A stretch of 64,000 bases of DNA, taken from Phoronis australis (lineage: Eukaryota > Animalia > Phoronida). The stretch covers positions 686,570 to 750,569 of the forward strand of contig NMRA01000129.1 in the NCBI GenBank assembly GCA_002633005.1, written 5' to 3'. The notes beneath the pieces are model-generated. The model did not search any database. It was given only the letters and a program-made list of their open reading frames with translations, and was not told the origin of the DNA. The position numbers were made by a program, and so were the translations under genes. This document shows positions 47,240-58,681 of this stretch, one piece after another (position 1 is the stretch's first letter; every line of letters begins with the position of its first letter).

Positions 47240-48567
47240 AGATAGTGCCACCGTCTCTACTTAGCACTGGAGACGATGAGGACCTCATACTAGTAGGGCC
47301 TTCATACGCCGGAAGCTTTTCGTGTTCATCATATCCCCCAGTGCGTGCACTGTAACAATGGCCAGTTACCGATTTGGGCAACTGAATGAAAGACTTCTTG
47401 AAAAAGTTTGTGAAGTATAATTCGCCAAAGGCATATGCAGGGCCTATGCAAACATCACCATTTTTACAATATGACCACATAGACCTAAACACATGAATTT
47501 TGTATCGTTTGATTACCTTTATCATCATCATTCCAAAAATACTGGTATATGAATGTGTCCCCTACCACATTTTTTCACTATTTTATCATCAATTTCTGTT
47601 CGCACTATTTCCCAGTTGACACTGCCATGTTTGCTCAACTCAAGATACAGCGACACCTGTTGCTAATGAATGAAACAGCATCATCGATTCTGAATAGTGT
47701 TTGCCTGCAAAATTCCCCCTAAAGTTTTCCTGAAATAACATGGAGGAACAAGGGGTAGCATTTCACCCTTTTCAGATTTTATTTAGAATTGTGATCGTTT
47801 GACTACTTTTCCTTGAAATTGTCTGAAGTGATAACCTTTTCATCAATTTGGACCTTAAAACAACCTAGTCTTTTTGTAGGTTCTTGCTAGCAGATGCGTA
47901 CCAAGGTCACCATAGGATCAAATTCGAACCCTTGGGACTGAAGCTCTGGGACAAGGACAGACGGGTCTTGGTCAAACTCATGAAAAGCGACGCTCTGCAG
48001 AATATTGGTGTCAGTAGATTAGTTCACTTTTTGACCACCATGTGACTCCTTCCATTCAACATGGCAGCAGTGAAAACTGGAAGTTCCGGATCACTATGCT
48101 CGGAGGTGACAGCCTCGTTTGAGATATATGGGCGACCCACGTGGTTTTTAGTTTATTAGGTGCTGCTTTCATCAGTTGAAGACTGAACCTCAACTTGATA
48201 AGACGTACTACCGACCAAGCGAAGCAAGAATGCAGGTGAGCGCCCGGCCCTCTCATGTTGTGAGTTAGCCTATAAGGGGTCTAATTGAGCTTAAGTAAGA
48301 GTTCACTATAGTACCATTTAGCTGGGAAATAGTGCGAGCAGAAATTTCACAATAAAATACTAACTAAGGCAGGGAAAAGGGTCAATTGGAGAAATTTCCA
48401 TGACCATGTCTTTGGACAGATAACGTTGCTAGGAATCGAACGATACCAAACTCATATAGACCACTGTCTTCATATTGTAAACAATTACCCATCGCAATGT
48501 ATATCATCCCACTGTGAACCAATTCAACAGTCGTCTAGTGCAGTACTAGTAGCAGTGCCGTGGCAGT
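47240..48567. mobile_element. Old decayed element with long imperfect inverted arms
   Basis: AATTTCTGTTCGCACTATTTCCCAG (47591) mirrored by CTGGGAAATAGTGCGAGCAGAAATT (48322); weaker symmetry further out. Confidence 0.45.
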
Positions 48568-48575
48568 GTGCCGGT

Positions 48576-49491
48576 TAGGCAATGACCATCACCTCTGTTG
48601 GCCCGAACCAGAGGCGATGCAGCTCCTATAGGCGCTCTGTACGCCAGAAGCTTTTCGGCGAATTATGCCTCGCACCGACTAAACCATCAAAGTCACGTTA
48701 TTATAAATACCTTTTACACATAGAGGAACACCTTAGGAGGTTGTCGATGTGTTTAATTCCTTCCAACTCGAACAAATACTCCCGTTATGAAACTTTTTCT
48801 TCTAACAGTCCCTATTTCAGTTCCCAAAATCGTGAAATCAACATTTTTATACTGCGCACGATCCAATTTTTACAGCGCTCGCTAGGTGATGTGCCTTCAA
48901 GACCTCAATCTTTAAATAGGCCAAAGGTGAGCCATTGCGGTCTTGTCAGTCAAATGTTCGTTTCCAAAATGCCACCACTTATACTTGTCTTTAATTGGCG
49001 TTACTTGAAACTGATTGTTTTTCAATGAATTATTGTTTGTATTTGATAAAAATAAATGCTGTTGATATGACATTTAATAGTCTTTGTGCACATATTTGAC
49101 ATTTTAATGTTTAACAACACGGCAAATGCACGGCTGAATCCCGGCAGCACGTACGCAAAGGGCGGGAACTTCAGCTTTCAAAGTTCGCCGGTAGGACCGC
49201 AACACCTGACCTTTGGCCTGGTTAAAAAATGAAAATGTTGATTTCACGATTTTGGGAACTGAAATAGGGACTGTTAGAAAAAAAAGTTTCATAACGGGAG
49301 TATTTGTTCGAGTTGGAAGGAGACAACCTCCTAAGGTGTTCCTCTATGCGCAAAAGGTATTTATAACAACGTGACTTTGATGGTTTAGTCGGTGCGAGGC
49401 ATAATTCGCCGAAAAGCTTCTGGCGTACAGAGCGCCTATAGGGGCTGCATCGCCTCTGGTTCGGGCCAACAGAGGCGATGGTCATTGCCTA
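48576..49491. mobile_element. hAT-like MITE with ~270-bp TIRs in senju intron 1
   Basis: TAGGCAATGACC / GGTCATTGCCTA termini; 8-bp TSD GTGCCGGT / CTGCCGGT (7 of 8 match). The ORFs 48582+ and 49485- are mirror images of each other. Confidence 0.85.
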
Positions 49492-49610
49492 CTGCCGGTA
49501 GGGTCGATCTGGGCTGGGGCGGGTTTGAAACTTGGAAGTCGGAAAAGTTACAACGAAAGCAGGAAATACTTTATCGCGTAATATTTGCAGCTAGGAATTA
49601 CATTGTATAC

Positions 49611-49698
49611 CTTGATTGATGAATAATCCCATATAAGCTATGAAGACCACAAAACTCAGTTTTGTGGGGAACAAGTCCCCTGAAAGCCAACCCGCCAT
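49611..49698 (-). CDS. senju: Senju-like SLC35A transporter, exon 1 of 4 (whole CDS 353 aa)
   Basis: MAGWLSGDLFPTKLSFVVFIAYMGLFINQ-G followed by a GT donor, phase 1; matches the senju-type N-terminus LFPTK....F..YM.LFI.QG. Not in the ORF track. Confidence 0.9.
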
Positions 49699-52600
49699 CT
49701 TGATTTTTGTTTACGTCGACAGTTGTGATAGACGGCAGAGAAAAGTATGAGAGTTTAATTAGATTTGAAATAAACGAAAAGCAAATACTTCTTTAAAAAT
49801 CGATTTTACCTGAGTAAAAAATAATGAATTTGTAAGTTTAATATATTAATAGTTTCCATCAAAATTTAATAATCTTTAAAAAATCCTATTTTCTTAGAAG
49901 CACGATTGAAAGCGCTATCTATCGATTGTTCGTAGTACTCAACATCGGTCATTGTGAAGCCAAATCTTTGGTGAAACATAATAAATGACAGTCGGCTTGC
50001 AACCAGTCCCGGCGTTGCAGTGTCCGTCAAGGCCTTGTTACATAAGTTCATGACTGTTCGCAGCTTCTTCTTTACAATCAGTTATAAAAACGTGTTGAAT
50101 TTCCCCTTCTTTTAAACAAATAGAAAACCTCGGTAGGTGGCCTATTTTGTTGGTCATGATTTCTAGCTCAACCGCTCGAAGTACCCCCTTTGGCGTATTT
50201 TCGGAACATTTTCCAAAAGTACGCTCATGGGCGTATTTTTAAGTAACTGTTCTCGTGTTTTGCCAACCGTTCGGCGTATATTTGGTTTCATATAACGTTT
50301 TTGGGAAGTAACTGCCGAACATCTGCCCATGGACCTATGAATTCCTTCAGTTTTACTGGCATCCTTCGGTCATATTTCCGAGTGACATGACTGAGACATT
50401 CTCCTACAGATTATAGTTTCAACTGTGTTGATTTTCAGACGTTAGTCTGATTGTATTTTGTTTTTGTTTCTGTGACATCATTCCGATTTTCAGCTTTTAA
50501 AATTGGCATTTGTTCACCATGCAGGAGTTTATTACTGCAAACACTGGCCTATGACTAGTGAACTTCGGATTTTTATGACTCGCAACAAGACAATTGCGTT
50601 GAGAAACCTTGAAGTAGGCTTACGTCTTTAAGACATATCCCCGTAAGCTTCAAAATTTGCAGAAGGTCTGATGGGCCAAGCGAAGATTGTCAGTGGTTAG
50701 GTATTACTTCGGTGTTAGTGTGAAAAGAACCCGGCTGATCGAGTGACTTCATCTAGTTAGCCAATCGCGTTATGGCCAAGTATGAGTCTCTATATGATAG
50801 ATCCTTTTGCTATGTACCAGAAACCTTGTCGAGGAATTAAGTAGAACACGTTTTTTCGGTTTGTACCAAACTTGACGTTTGTTTCATATTTTTGTTTGAA
50901 TCGGTTGACTATGCAAAGAAAATATTAGCCGTCTGGAACTGACAAATTCTCTTGACGCTAACTAAAAGCTATTTTTGCATACACAACTTGGCGAGTTTAA
51001 AGTTGAATTTTGCTCTATTGCTGGTGAACGCGAGGCCTTATACTGTAATAAAATTGGTCTTATAATTATCTTTACCCTCATAGGATTTTATTTCCGTCAC
51101 AGGCAATGCCTACATGTACCCGCCATTTTCGAAGTCACGCTGAGTGTGTTGCCCAACGCCCCGGAGAAAATTCTGAAGCCGTTTTCTTGAGTCGCTGTTG
51201 GCTTCAATGTCATATTTGGTAACGGAAATAGAATCTTTTCGCGGCAAGGAAGTTATGAAACTTAATTTACGAGAGTAAAAAGCCTATGACTTTTGTTTTT
51301 AGCCAGCTAAACAGGGCGATTACGCTGCTTTAAGTCCGACAGGGAAGTGACTGTCACTGTATTTTATTCAGAACTCTAACTGTAGACAGCATTGAGACCA
51401 ACTTTCATTTGTAAGGTACGTGTGTACAAGAGTATGTGTCCAGTTTTATACGGTAATAAGTGATGCTACAAAATTTTTTTAAAAAAATATAATTTTTGCC
51501 ACCAAGTTTTAGCCACAGTGCCGGGGACTCTTTCAGTTGTTACTGTCATGATGCTGTCAATATTCTACTGTAATTTCCCACGCGTCATAGCCATATTTCT
51601 CGTTCGACTAAAAAGAAAAAACGGGACCGTTTTTGCGGCACCCGCTATTTCCCATTCGACTGAAGAAGAACAAAATAGGCCGTCGTGCGCGTTTGAGTGT
51701 TCATCTCCCGTTAGACAAAAAAACGCTGTCGGGACGTTTTTATGTGTTGCAGCGAACATTTCACCCTTACGTTTTAGCTTCTTATCCGGGAGTCCCGATT
51801 TTCAATTCAGTGACAACAGGTGTTTAGACTATCATTGTCTCTTTGTCATGAATATTGTGATTTTCCAGAGTCCAATTTCTTAAGTAACATAGCAATCGTA
51901 AAAATATGTTCTAATGTCTCTTGTTTACGATAACATACACTACTTGTATCAGGATCTCTAAGTTTTACTTTCTGAAGAAATAAGTTTATTTCTAAAATTC
52001 TGTGGAACGTCTGCACTGTAATGAGCTATCCACAGTACATTTCAAAGTTACGTAATAGCAGGAGTAATAGACATTTGCCCATTTTTTCTATCAAAAAAAA
52101 CCTTTATCAGCAATTTTCGGTTAGACAGTTGGAGTAATTAGATTATCACATTTCTTGTAAATGTCACTGCATCCTGAATTTTTACGGAATAATATAACTG
52201 TATCAAACCACACCAAAGGTCCAATTGATTGTATAATACATATATAGTATAATTATGGATGAATGCCTGACTAAATTATCCACAGCAACTGTGAGAGATC
52301 CTTATTCTAAAATCTATGTCTTTCGGCATTCCAGGGCTAAAGTTCTATGTTAAAATTTAACAAAAAGAAAGGTGCTTTCATTCCAACAATATCCACAACA
52401 TGACCAAATTTTGTTTGATCCAAAAACTAAAATGCTCAAAAACTGTGTTGTGGTTTTGTACTAAATTATCATTTCATCGTTTCGGCAACTTTTAGTTTAA
52501 GTTTCATTAAAGACTTATTTTGCGATAGTTCGGATTCCTGGGTCATTTTAAAAACAATTTGTAACAGTTTGGTTACGGTGTCGAAAGCCTATAGAATACT

Positions 52601-53575
52601 TGACTTGTACACCGTTATTGATTATACAAACACTTCGTAATCAACAAGTAGATTTTATTTTTTTTCGTTTTTGATTTTCATGACAACAAAATAACTGAAC
52701 TAATATTTACATAACAAGATTACATGAACGAATAATCACAACATTTAGTGGATGTTTGGCAAGAAAGCACATAACAGTTCCGGTCTCAGTGCAGTAGTTT
52801 AAAGTGATAACAAACCCTACTTTGGTGATTTCAGCCGTAACTGATTACGTCACGTTCTATTGCACGACTAGAACCTCATGCAAAAGATAAAAGTTGCAAC
52901 ACGATCCTTGCCTGTCACAAAGTGGCCGCTGTTGTTCAGCCGTTGATTAAGTCTTCCGAAGCGTTTGTCACGCCTACAGATGTATCAGGCTTAGCAAGAA
53001 ACTTTCGAATTTAATCTGAATTTTTGAGGACTTACGAGGGTAGCATTATTCTGTTACAAATACTAAGTGATCTAGTGACATTAAATACCAAGTATACTCT
53101 ACCTGCATGAATGATGTCTGTCATCTAATCATTTAATAAGATAAAACAGTGTAGCATCCATTTGAGACTTAGGTTGTGCATGGTCAACAAAATATCTCTT
53201 CGCGTAACTCACGTACGTCCATTGGAGAATTTTTCTGGTTCACCGTTTTCGTTTGATAACTTTTTAGAGTGAACTTCTACGGTTGATGCGCTTGATAGGA
53301 CAGAACATTCAAACTAAACACAAACATGCTAACTTTCTAGAAGTCGCTACATCTGAAACACTGTTCATATAGCGTGCTATGAACAATGTTTTAACAGAAT
53401 AAATAACGTTTATTTGTCCGGACTGAACATTCTGATTTTAGTTATATCACGACTCTTCAAAGCGATTCTGAAACCTTTTTCTTGGTTCCAATAAATAAAT
53501 CTTAATAGTTGATGTCGAATTGTCAGAAGTCGTATAATTATTGTCGAAAAACTCCATGTGTGTTTATTGCAGTCT

Positions 53576-53835
53576 TTAAGATACCCAATCAGCTATCGAG
53601 ATGTCTGAATTATTGTCTTCTGAATTCCCGCCAAAACTAGTGACATCAACGTCATCTTTTTCGATAACCATGTTCTGAACTTTAGCACTGTGCTCTTGAG
53701 CTTTTGCACGGAGATTGGCGATGCTTTCCGTTCGGAAATCGTCGGACGCTTTATTAGTGGTCTCGTCCGACTCGGAGTTTTTGTCATCACTTATTTTTAG
53801 TTTTTCAGCCGCCTCTAGTGATTTTTTGTGCATTC
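53576..53835 (-). CDS. Vsx: Vsx homeobox protein, exon 5 of 5 (CVC end + OAR motif)
   Basis: TTTCAG acceptor; GMHKKSLEAA and ESIANLRAKAQEHSAK. Confidence 0.93.
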
Positions 53836-54298
53836 CTGAAACAGAATTATTTGATGAGACCACAGAAATCAAACACAACGAAAGAGAATGTTTATGACGA
53901 TATCAAATTTTATATTACCTAATCTTACGATTGCCTTTCAAGAGTTATGATAAACAATCGACCTAATTTAGCAGCAACCCTTCTTGTTAGTCAAAACATG
54001 ACAGTATTGTTTTTACGACTAGTTGACAGTCTATAACCACTTTCATTTTGCGGTGTACAAGTATAGAGCAACTTGTCAATAGACATATCTACTGAATAGC
54101 CTCGCTTCTTTTTAAAACAAACTGAAAACGAGGCGTGACCGATCTCGTAGTTAAATCGCTTGTTTATGTCTATTGGTAGTTTACTCCTGTCCATCGGAGG
54201 ATAGATAGTTTGTATCAAGCGAATTTAGTCGTGTTTGCAACCAGTTTTACTATAAAAATATCACGCATATATTCAATAATTAGTTCACAAGAAATTAC

Positions 54299-54479
54299 CT
54301 AGTAACCACGGTGCGCACGAGTCTTCTATACCCTTGGTTGCCGATTTGACAATACTGTCCGGTAGAGGTAGTGAGTGTCGAACCATAGCCCCATAAAGTC
54401 CGTATTCCGCCATGATGCTACTTTTGCCCCAGTTTTTCTCTGTCTTGCGCCACTTAGCTCGTCTGTTCTGAAACCAAAC
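54299..54479 (-). CDS. Vsx: Vsx homeobox protein, exon 4 of 5 (helix 3 + CVC domain)
   Basis: [57 protein letters not shown]. Confidence 0.96.
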
Positions 54480-55790
54480 CTGGAAATAAAAAAAAAGTTT
54501 GATCAATACAAATATCGCAACTCAGGTGACTTTTTGATCCATTTTCAGAGAAATGGAACTGCGCATTGATAAAATAACAGAAGCAGGTTTTTAGATAGTT
54601 GAAATACACAAAACATGGCATGATTTGAAATCAGACATTTAAACCACCATTGCGAGATTTATTCCGCGCTGATATCTGGCGAGACGAAATTTTCATGCGG
54701 TCTAGCAGCGATAATCGGTTATGCCCAGCAAGTTATAATAACACATGGCACTCACGTTGTGTTCGTGGAAACATTTCGGGAGATGTGTGACAACTGTCAA
54801 TCACCCAGCATGCGCTGCATGACAGGTGTAGGGCGAAGTGTAGTGCAGGAGTGGGGTGCGAATCAGACCCTCACAATAAGTACTCTGTAACCAGTTATTA
54901 TTGGCTTCGAGCACTTGTCGTGTCATGATGCCAATTACTGGTATGTCACAAAGTTAAAATTTTTGGTGTTATGTAAAGGTTTAAGCCGTATAAACTAAAC
55001 ATTGTACCCGAGTAAGATTAGCGAATTCCGACAATAATTCCATTTGGATTTTGTGTTTTTCATTGAAGAACGATTGTCTGCCACTTGAGCGCAGACGACA
55101 TGGTTGAAGATTTCGGTGGGCACTCTCGTGTTTGTGCAAACGAGTGGTTGATAACAATACATCCCCTGAACAATCGGGGTGACACCGACGTTTGTGTGGT
55201 AGTCCGGGACACTCACATTGTCAAGGATGAGCTTTAAGCATGCTTGGAAAGGGTGCATCCCCATTGAAGAATACTAAATCGACGGTGAAATAACACTTGA
55301 ACTAGAAAAAATGTGATTGGAAGTGTCATTCGGCACGGCGCCTCACTAATTTACCACGTTATTAATTATACCTTTAGCCAATTTCAAAAATTACGCATAT
55401 AGAACCAAGTTAATCGTTTAGTTATTTTGTTTAATTCAGGTAATTGTGCCCTGCGTAAACAATTGTTGTTTGGTTTGACATTTTGAGCGTGACAAATATC
55501 TGCAAAAAAGATTTCCCAGCGGATCGCGATCGCCCGGCGCGTGAATGATCCAATGTTCTTAGTAGCCGCGATATCAAACAAAAAATCACTAACGTAAATC
55601 ATTTTGTTAATGAAAAAGGTGGTTTTTAATAGCTTATCTAGCTATGTACTTAACTAATTATATTCTTACTTAGGGTGATTACTGCGTAATAAAGCGAGAA
55701 TGGTTGAAAATTGACACTCACAACTAGCTGGACAAGTCCGCTTGGTTTACAAGTAAATTGATCTCAGTTAAATGTTAACATGCACTTTAC

Positions 55791-56056
55791 TCAATGCATA
55801 CACGAGCTCCATGATAATATAGTTTAATGCATACACGAGCTCCATGATAATATAGTTTAATGCATACACGAGCTCCATGATAATATAGTTCAATGCATAC
55901 ACGAGCTCCATGATAATATAATTTAAGGCATACACGAGCTCCATGATAATATAGTTCAATGCATACACGAGGTCCATGATAATATAGTTTAATGCATACA
56001 CGAGCTCCATGATAATATAGTTCAATGCATACACGAGCTCCATGATAATATAGTTT
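55791..56056. repeat. 33-bp minisatellite, 8 copies, Vsx intron 3
   Basis: AATGCATACACGAGCTCCATGATAATATAGTT(T/C) repeated nearly perfectly. Confidence 0.95.
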
Positions 56057-56086
56057 CCTATGCGGTTCACACTCCAACCATTACAG

Positions 56087-56120
56087 CAAGGAGTGTAGTA
56101 GTATACTCGTACACTCCTTG
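56087..56120. mobile_element. 34-bp palindrome with 7-bp TSD (putative P-superfamily footprint)
   Basis: ATTACAG-CAAGGAGTGTAGTAGTA-TACTCGTACACTCCTTG-ATTACAG. Confidence 0.65.
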
Positions 56121-56639
56121 ATTACAGTCGTTGCTAAAAATACAATTTTATAGCTGAGCACTTTTAATTTTAACGCTCTGATGCTCTTTTACTCATGTTA
56201 AGTTAATCATTAAGTGATCTTTAAAATTCTAAATTGACGTTGTTTATTTTCCCATACGTCTATGATCAATACGATTTCGAGAAATCCTAACACAATCTAC
56301 GATAAGAAACAAATTATTCTTTCTTATCTTTATTTACAAATACAACTACATTTCTAAGCGTATACGATAGTATAACTTCATGTCTGTCATTTAAATCACT
56401 ATAAAATCAATAATGACAGTAACTTATTGTTTGTCTTTCTTTTTGTCTTTCTTTTTTGTTTCCATATTTTCCCAAATATTATGGCCTGCCACCTGCTGGA
56501 AAACATGAAATATGTGCTGAACGAAAACAGTGTCATAGTCTGGAGTATCATCACCTGAGAGACATTATCATTGATGCAAAAGATGAACATTTCCAAAGCC
56601 GCCCATTCTAGTTGCAAGTTCAATGAAATTAATACCCAC

Positions 56640-56763
56640 CTGTATCCTGTCCTCAGGTAAATTTGTTCTCATCGACAGCACCTCGCGTGCGTTCACGTCG
56701 GGGTAATGAGCTTCGTTGAAAGCTTGTTCTAAAACTTCTGCTTGCTGGTTGGTAAATATAGTC
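56640..56763 (-). CDS. Vsx: Vsx homeobox protein, exon 3 of 5 (homeodomain helices 1-2)
   Basis: TTCCAG acceptor, GTGGGT donor; (R)[41 protein letters not shown]. Not in the ORF track. Confidence 0.95.
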
Positions 56764-58602
56764 CTGGAATATTACACACCAAAATCATAATAATGTTATA
56801 GCTACAGTGAAAGGAGTCACGTGTTAAAATAATTACGACCGGAACTCCATTATCATTATTTAAGGGCATCAAGTTTCATCATAGTAACATTCAATTAGAA
56901 CTGTTAATATTATTGCAAATAAAACAGGATTGGCCTTATTCTTCTATGTCACTTCATATTACGCCATTATTACTCCCTGTGAATGTAATGGCAAACTATT
57001 AATTTTATCATTCAAGTGTTTTGTTTGTTTCACGAAAACCAAAACTTAATTGCGCGTAACCTGTTTCAGGTGGTTTACATCGCAGGAACAGCTGTATCCA
57101 CGACAACCGTGAAATAGAAATCGCCATAGAAATTTTTCCCACAATTGTCAAAATATACACAAGGTCTGAAGTCGACCAACAGAAAATAAAACAAAACATC
57201 ACAATTCTTCCGTATGAAGTACTAACCATTCAAATGAAAAGGTTTCAAGGTGACAGCTGACATATTCGTGAATTAAGTCGACACAATTCAATGGCCAAAG
57301 TATTCTGAGCGTCTGACCTCCCAGGAAGTGGAACTCTGACACCTCTTGTGGACTTGAACATTTCGTAGTTTTCAAAATCCACGAGAAATAATTCGATTTG
57401 AAATACTTTGGAATTTATAAGGGTTAAACTGTTTTGTTGTGAGCACATTTTTTAATTTTAGGTGTCAAAATCCAAAATGTCTTGCATGTTTGTAACTCAG
57501 GGATCATATTTTAAGCAAATTTTTGTTTCGTTATTTAAGCGAATAACTAAATATGTGTGTTGTTTTCATTGCAATGGTAATTAAACTTTGAGCATAAGTA
57601 TTACTGCATGCATTATAATAACTATTATGATTAATATTATTATTACTTTTTATGCTGATGAATATTATTTGTTATTACTATTATCATATTGTTGCATTAA
57701 GTATTCTGATGTTTCACCAAGTTCAATATCTTTGTTTGAATAGCGTTATTAGTCACTGCCTAGTCATTTCACACATCCGAACGTTGTATTCAGGCCTTCT
57801 AATCTTCGGATTTACAGGGGAAATCTAAAAATTAAACATCCAGAAACCTGAGGAATGTCTATGTTCGAAAATGCCAAGCGAGGCATGCAGGGTCCTCGCG
57901 TGACTCACAAAATAAGGCCACGTTCGAAAATGGATCGAATACAAATTTGTGTTAAAAAAATAACTGAGATATCGCTTCTTTCATGAATTCTATACGCAGT
58001 ATTATAAATAAAATGGCTGTTCAGGTAAAACAGTTCTTCAGAGAGGAATGTTCCTGAACTCCTAGGATCCAACCGCGAACAAATCTCTTTGGATAATTCC
58101 CAACCTGTTGTTACAGAATTGTTTTCGTTGAATTTATAGACACATTTTCAAATTGTTTTACTCAAAGTGGCATACCTGGATGTCGCAGAAGACATATTGG
58201 TTTCTTTCGGCCATTACCACTTCACTGAGACAGCTACAAAAATTTTCGTGTTCCATCACATATTAAAAGCCTTTGTGCTGTGTTCGCGTTTTTATTTTAA
58301 CGCTTTCTAGCTTTTCTGATTGCATACAAATTCGATGAATTTACTTTTTTTGTATTAAATGACTTGTTTACAATCCTCTTCAGTTACCGCTATTTCTTCT
58401 GGTATACCCGTAATTTCAAAACACTGACAGACACTAGTAAAAATCGGTCTCAATCAGAAACCAGAAAAAAACGGTAACGAAAATCGAAGAGAGCTGAAAT
58501 CTATCATTACAGAGGCAAAAACAAAGGTCAGTAAATTTTACCTACATGAACAGATAATGCCAAGCTATTTCCATGTCAGGTAAAGAATAAATATTAACTT
58601 AC

Positions 58603-58681
58603 CTATGTCGCCTTCTTTTCTTTTTCCTTGACGTTAAGGACGAGTTACAATTTCTGTCAAAGTATGATTCCGTTTCAGTTC
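58603..58681 (-). CDS. Vsx: Vsx homeobox protein, exon 2 of 5
   Basis: CAG acceptor, GTAAGT donor; (G)TETESYFDRNCNSSLTSRKKKRRRH(R); phases 1 and 2 fit. Confidence 0.88.

Noticed and set aside
48582-49485. Pair of similar ORFs on opposite strands
   Set aside because: Mirror translations of the MITE terminal inverted repeats.
49866-50051. 61-aa minus-strand ORF as candidate first exon of the SLC35A gene
   Set aside because: 49611-49698 matches the family N-terminus and splice phase far better.
55768-56077. Repetitive ORFs and a CRISPR-like 33-bp periodicity
   Set aside because: Head-to-tail tandem repeat with no unique spacers, in a eukaryotic intron, with no cas genes.
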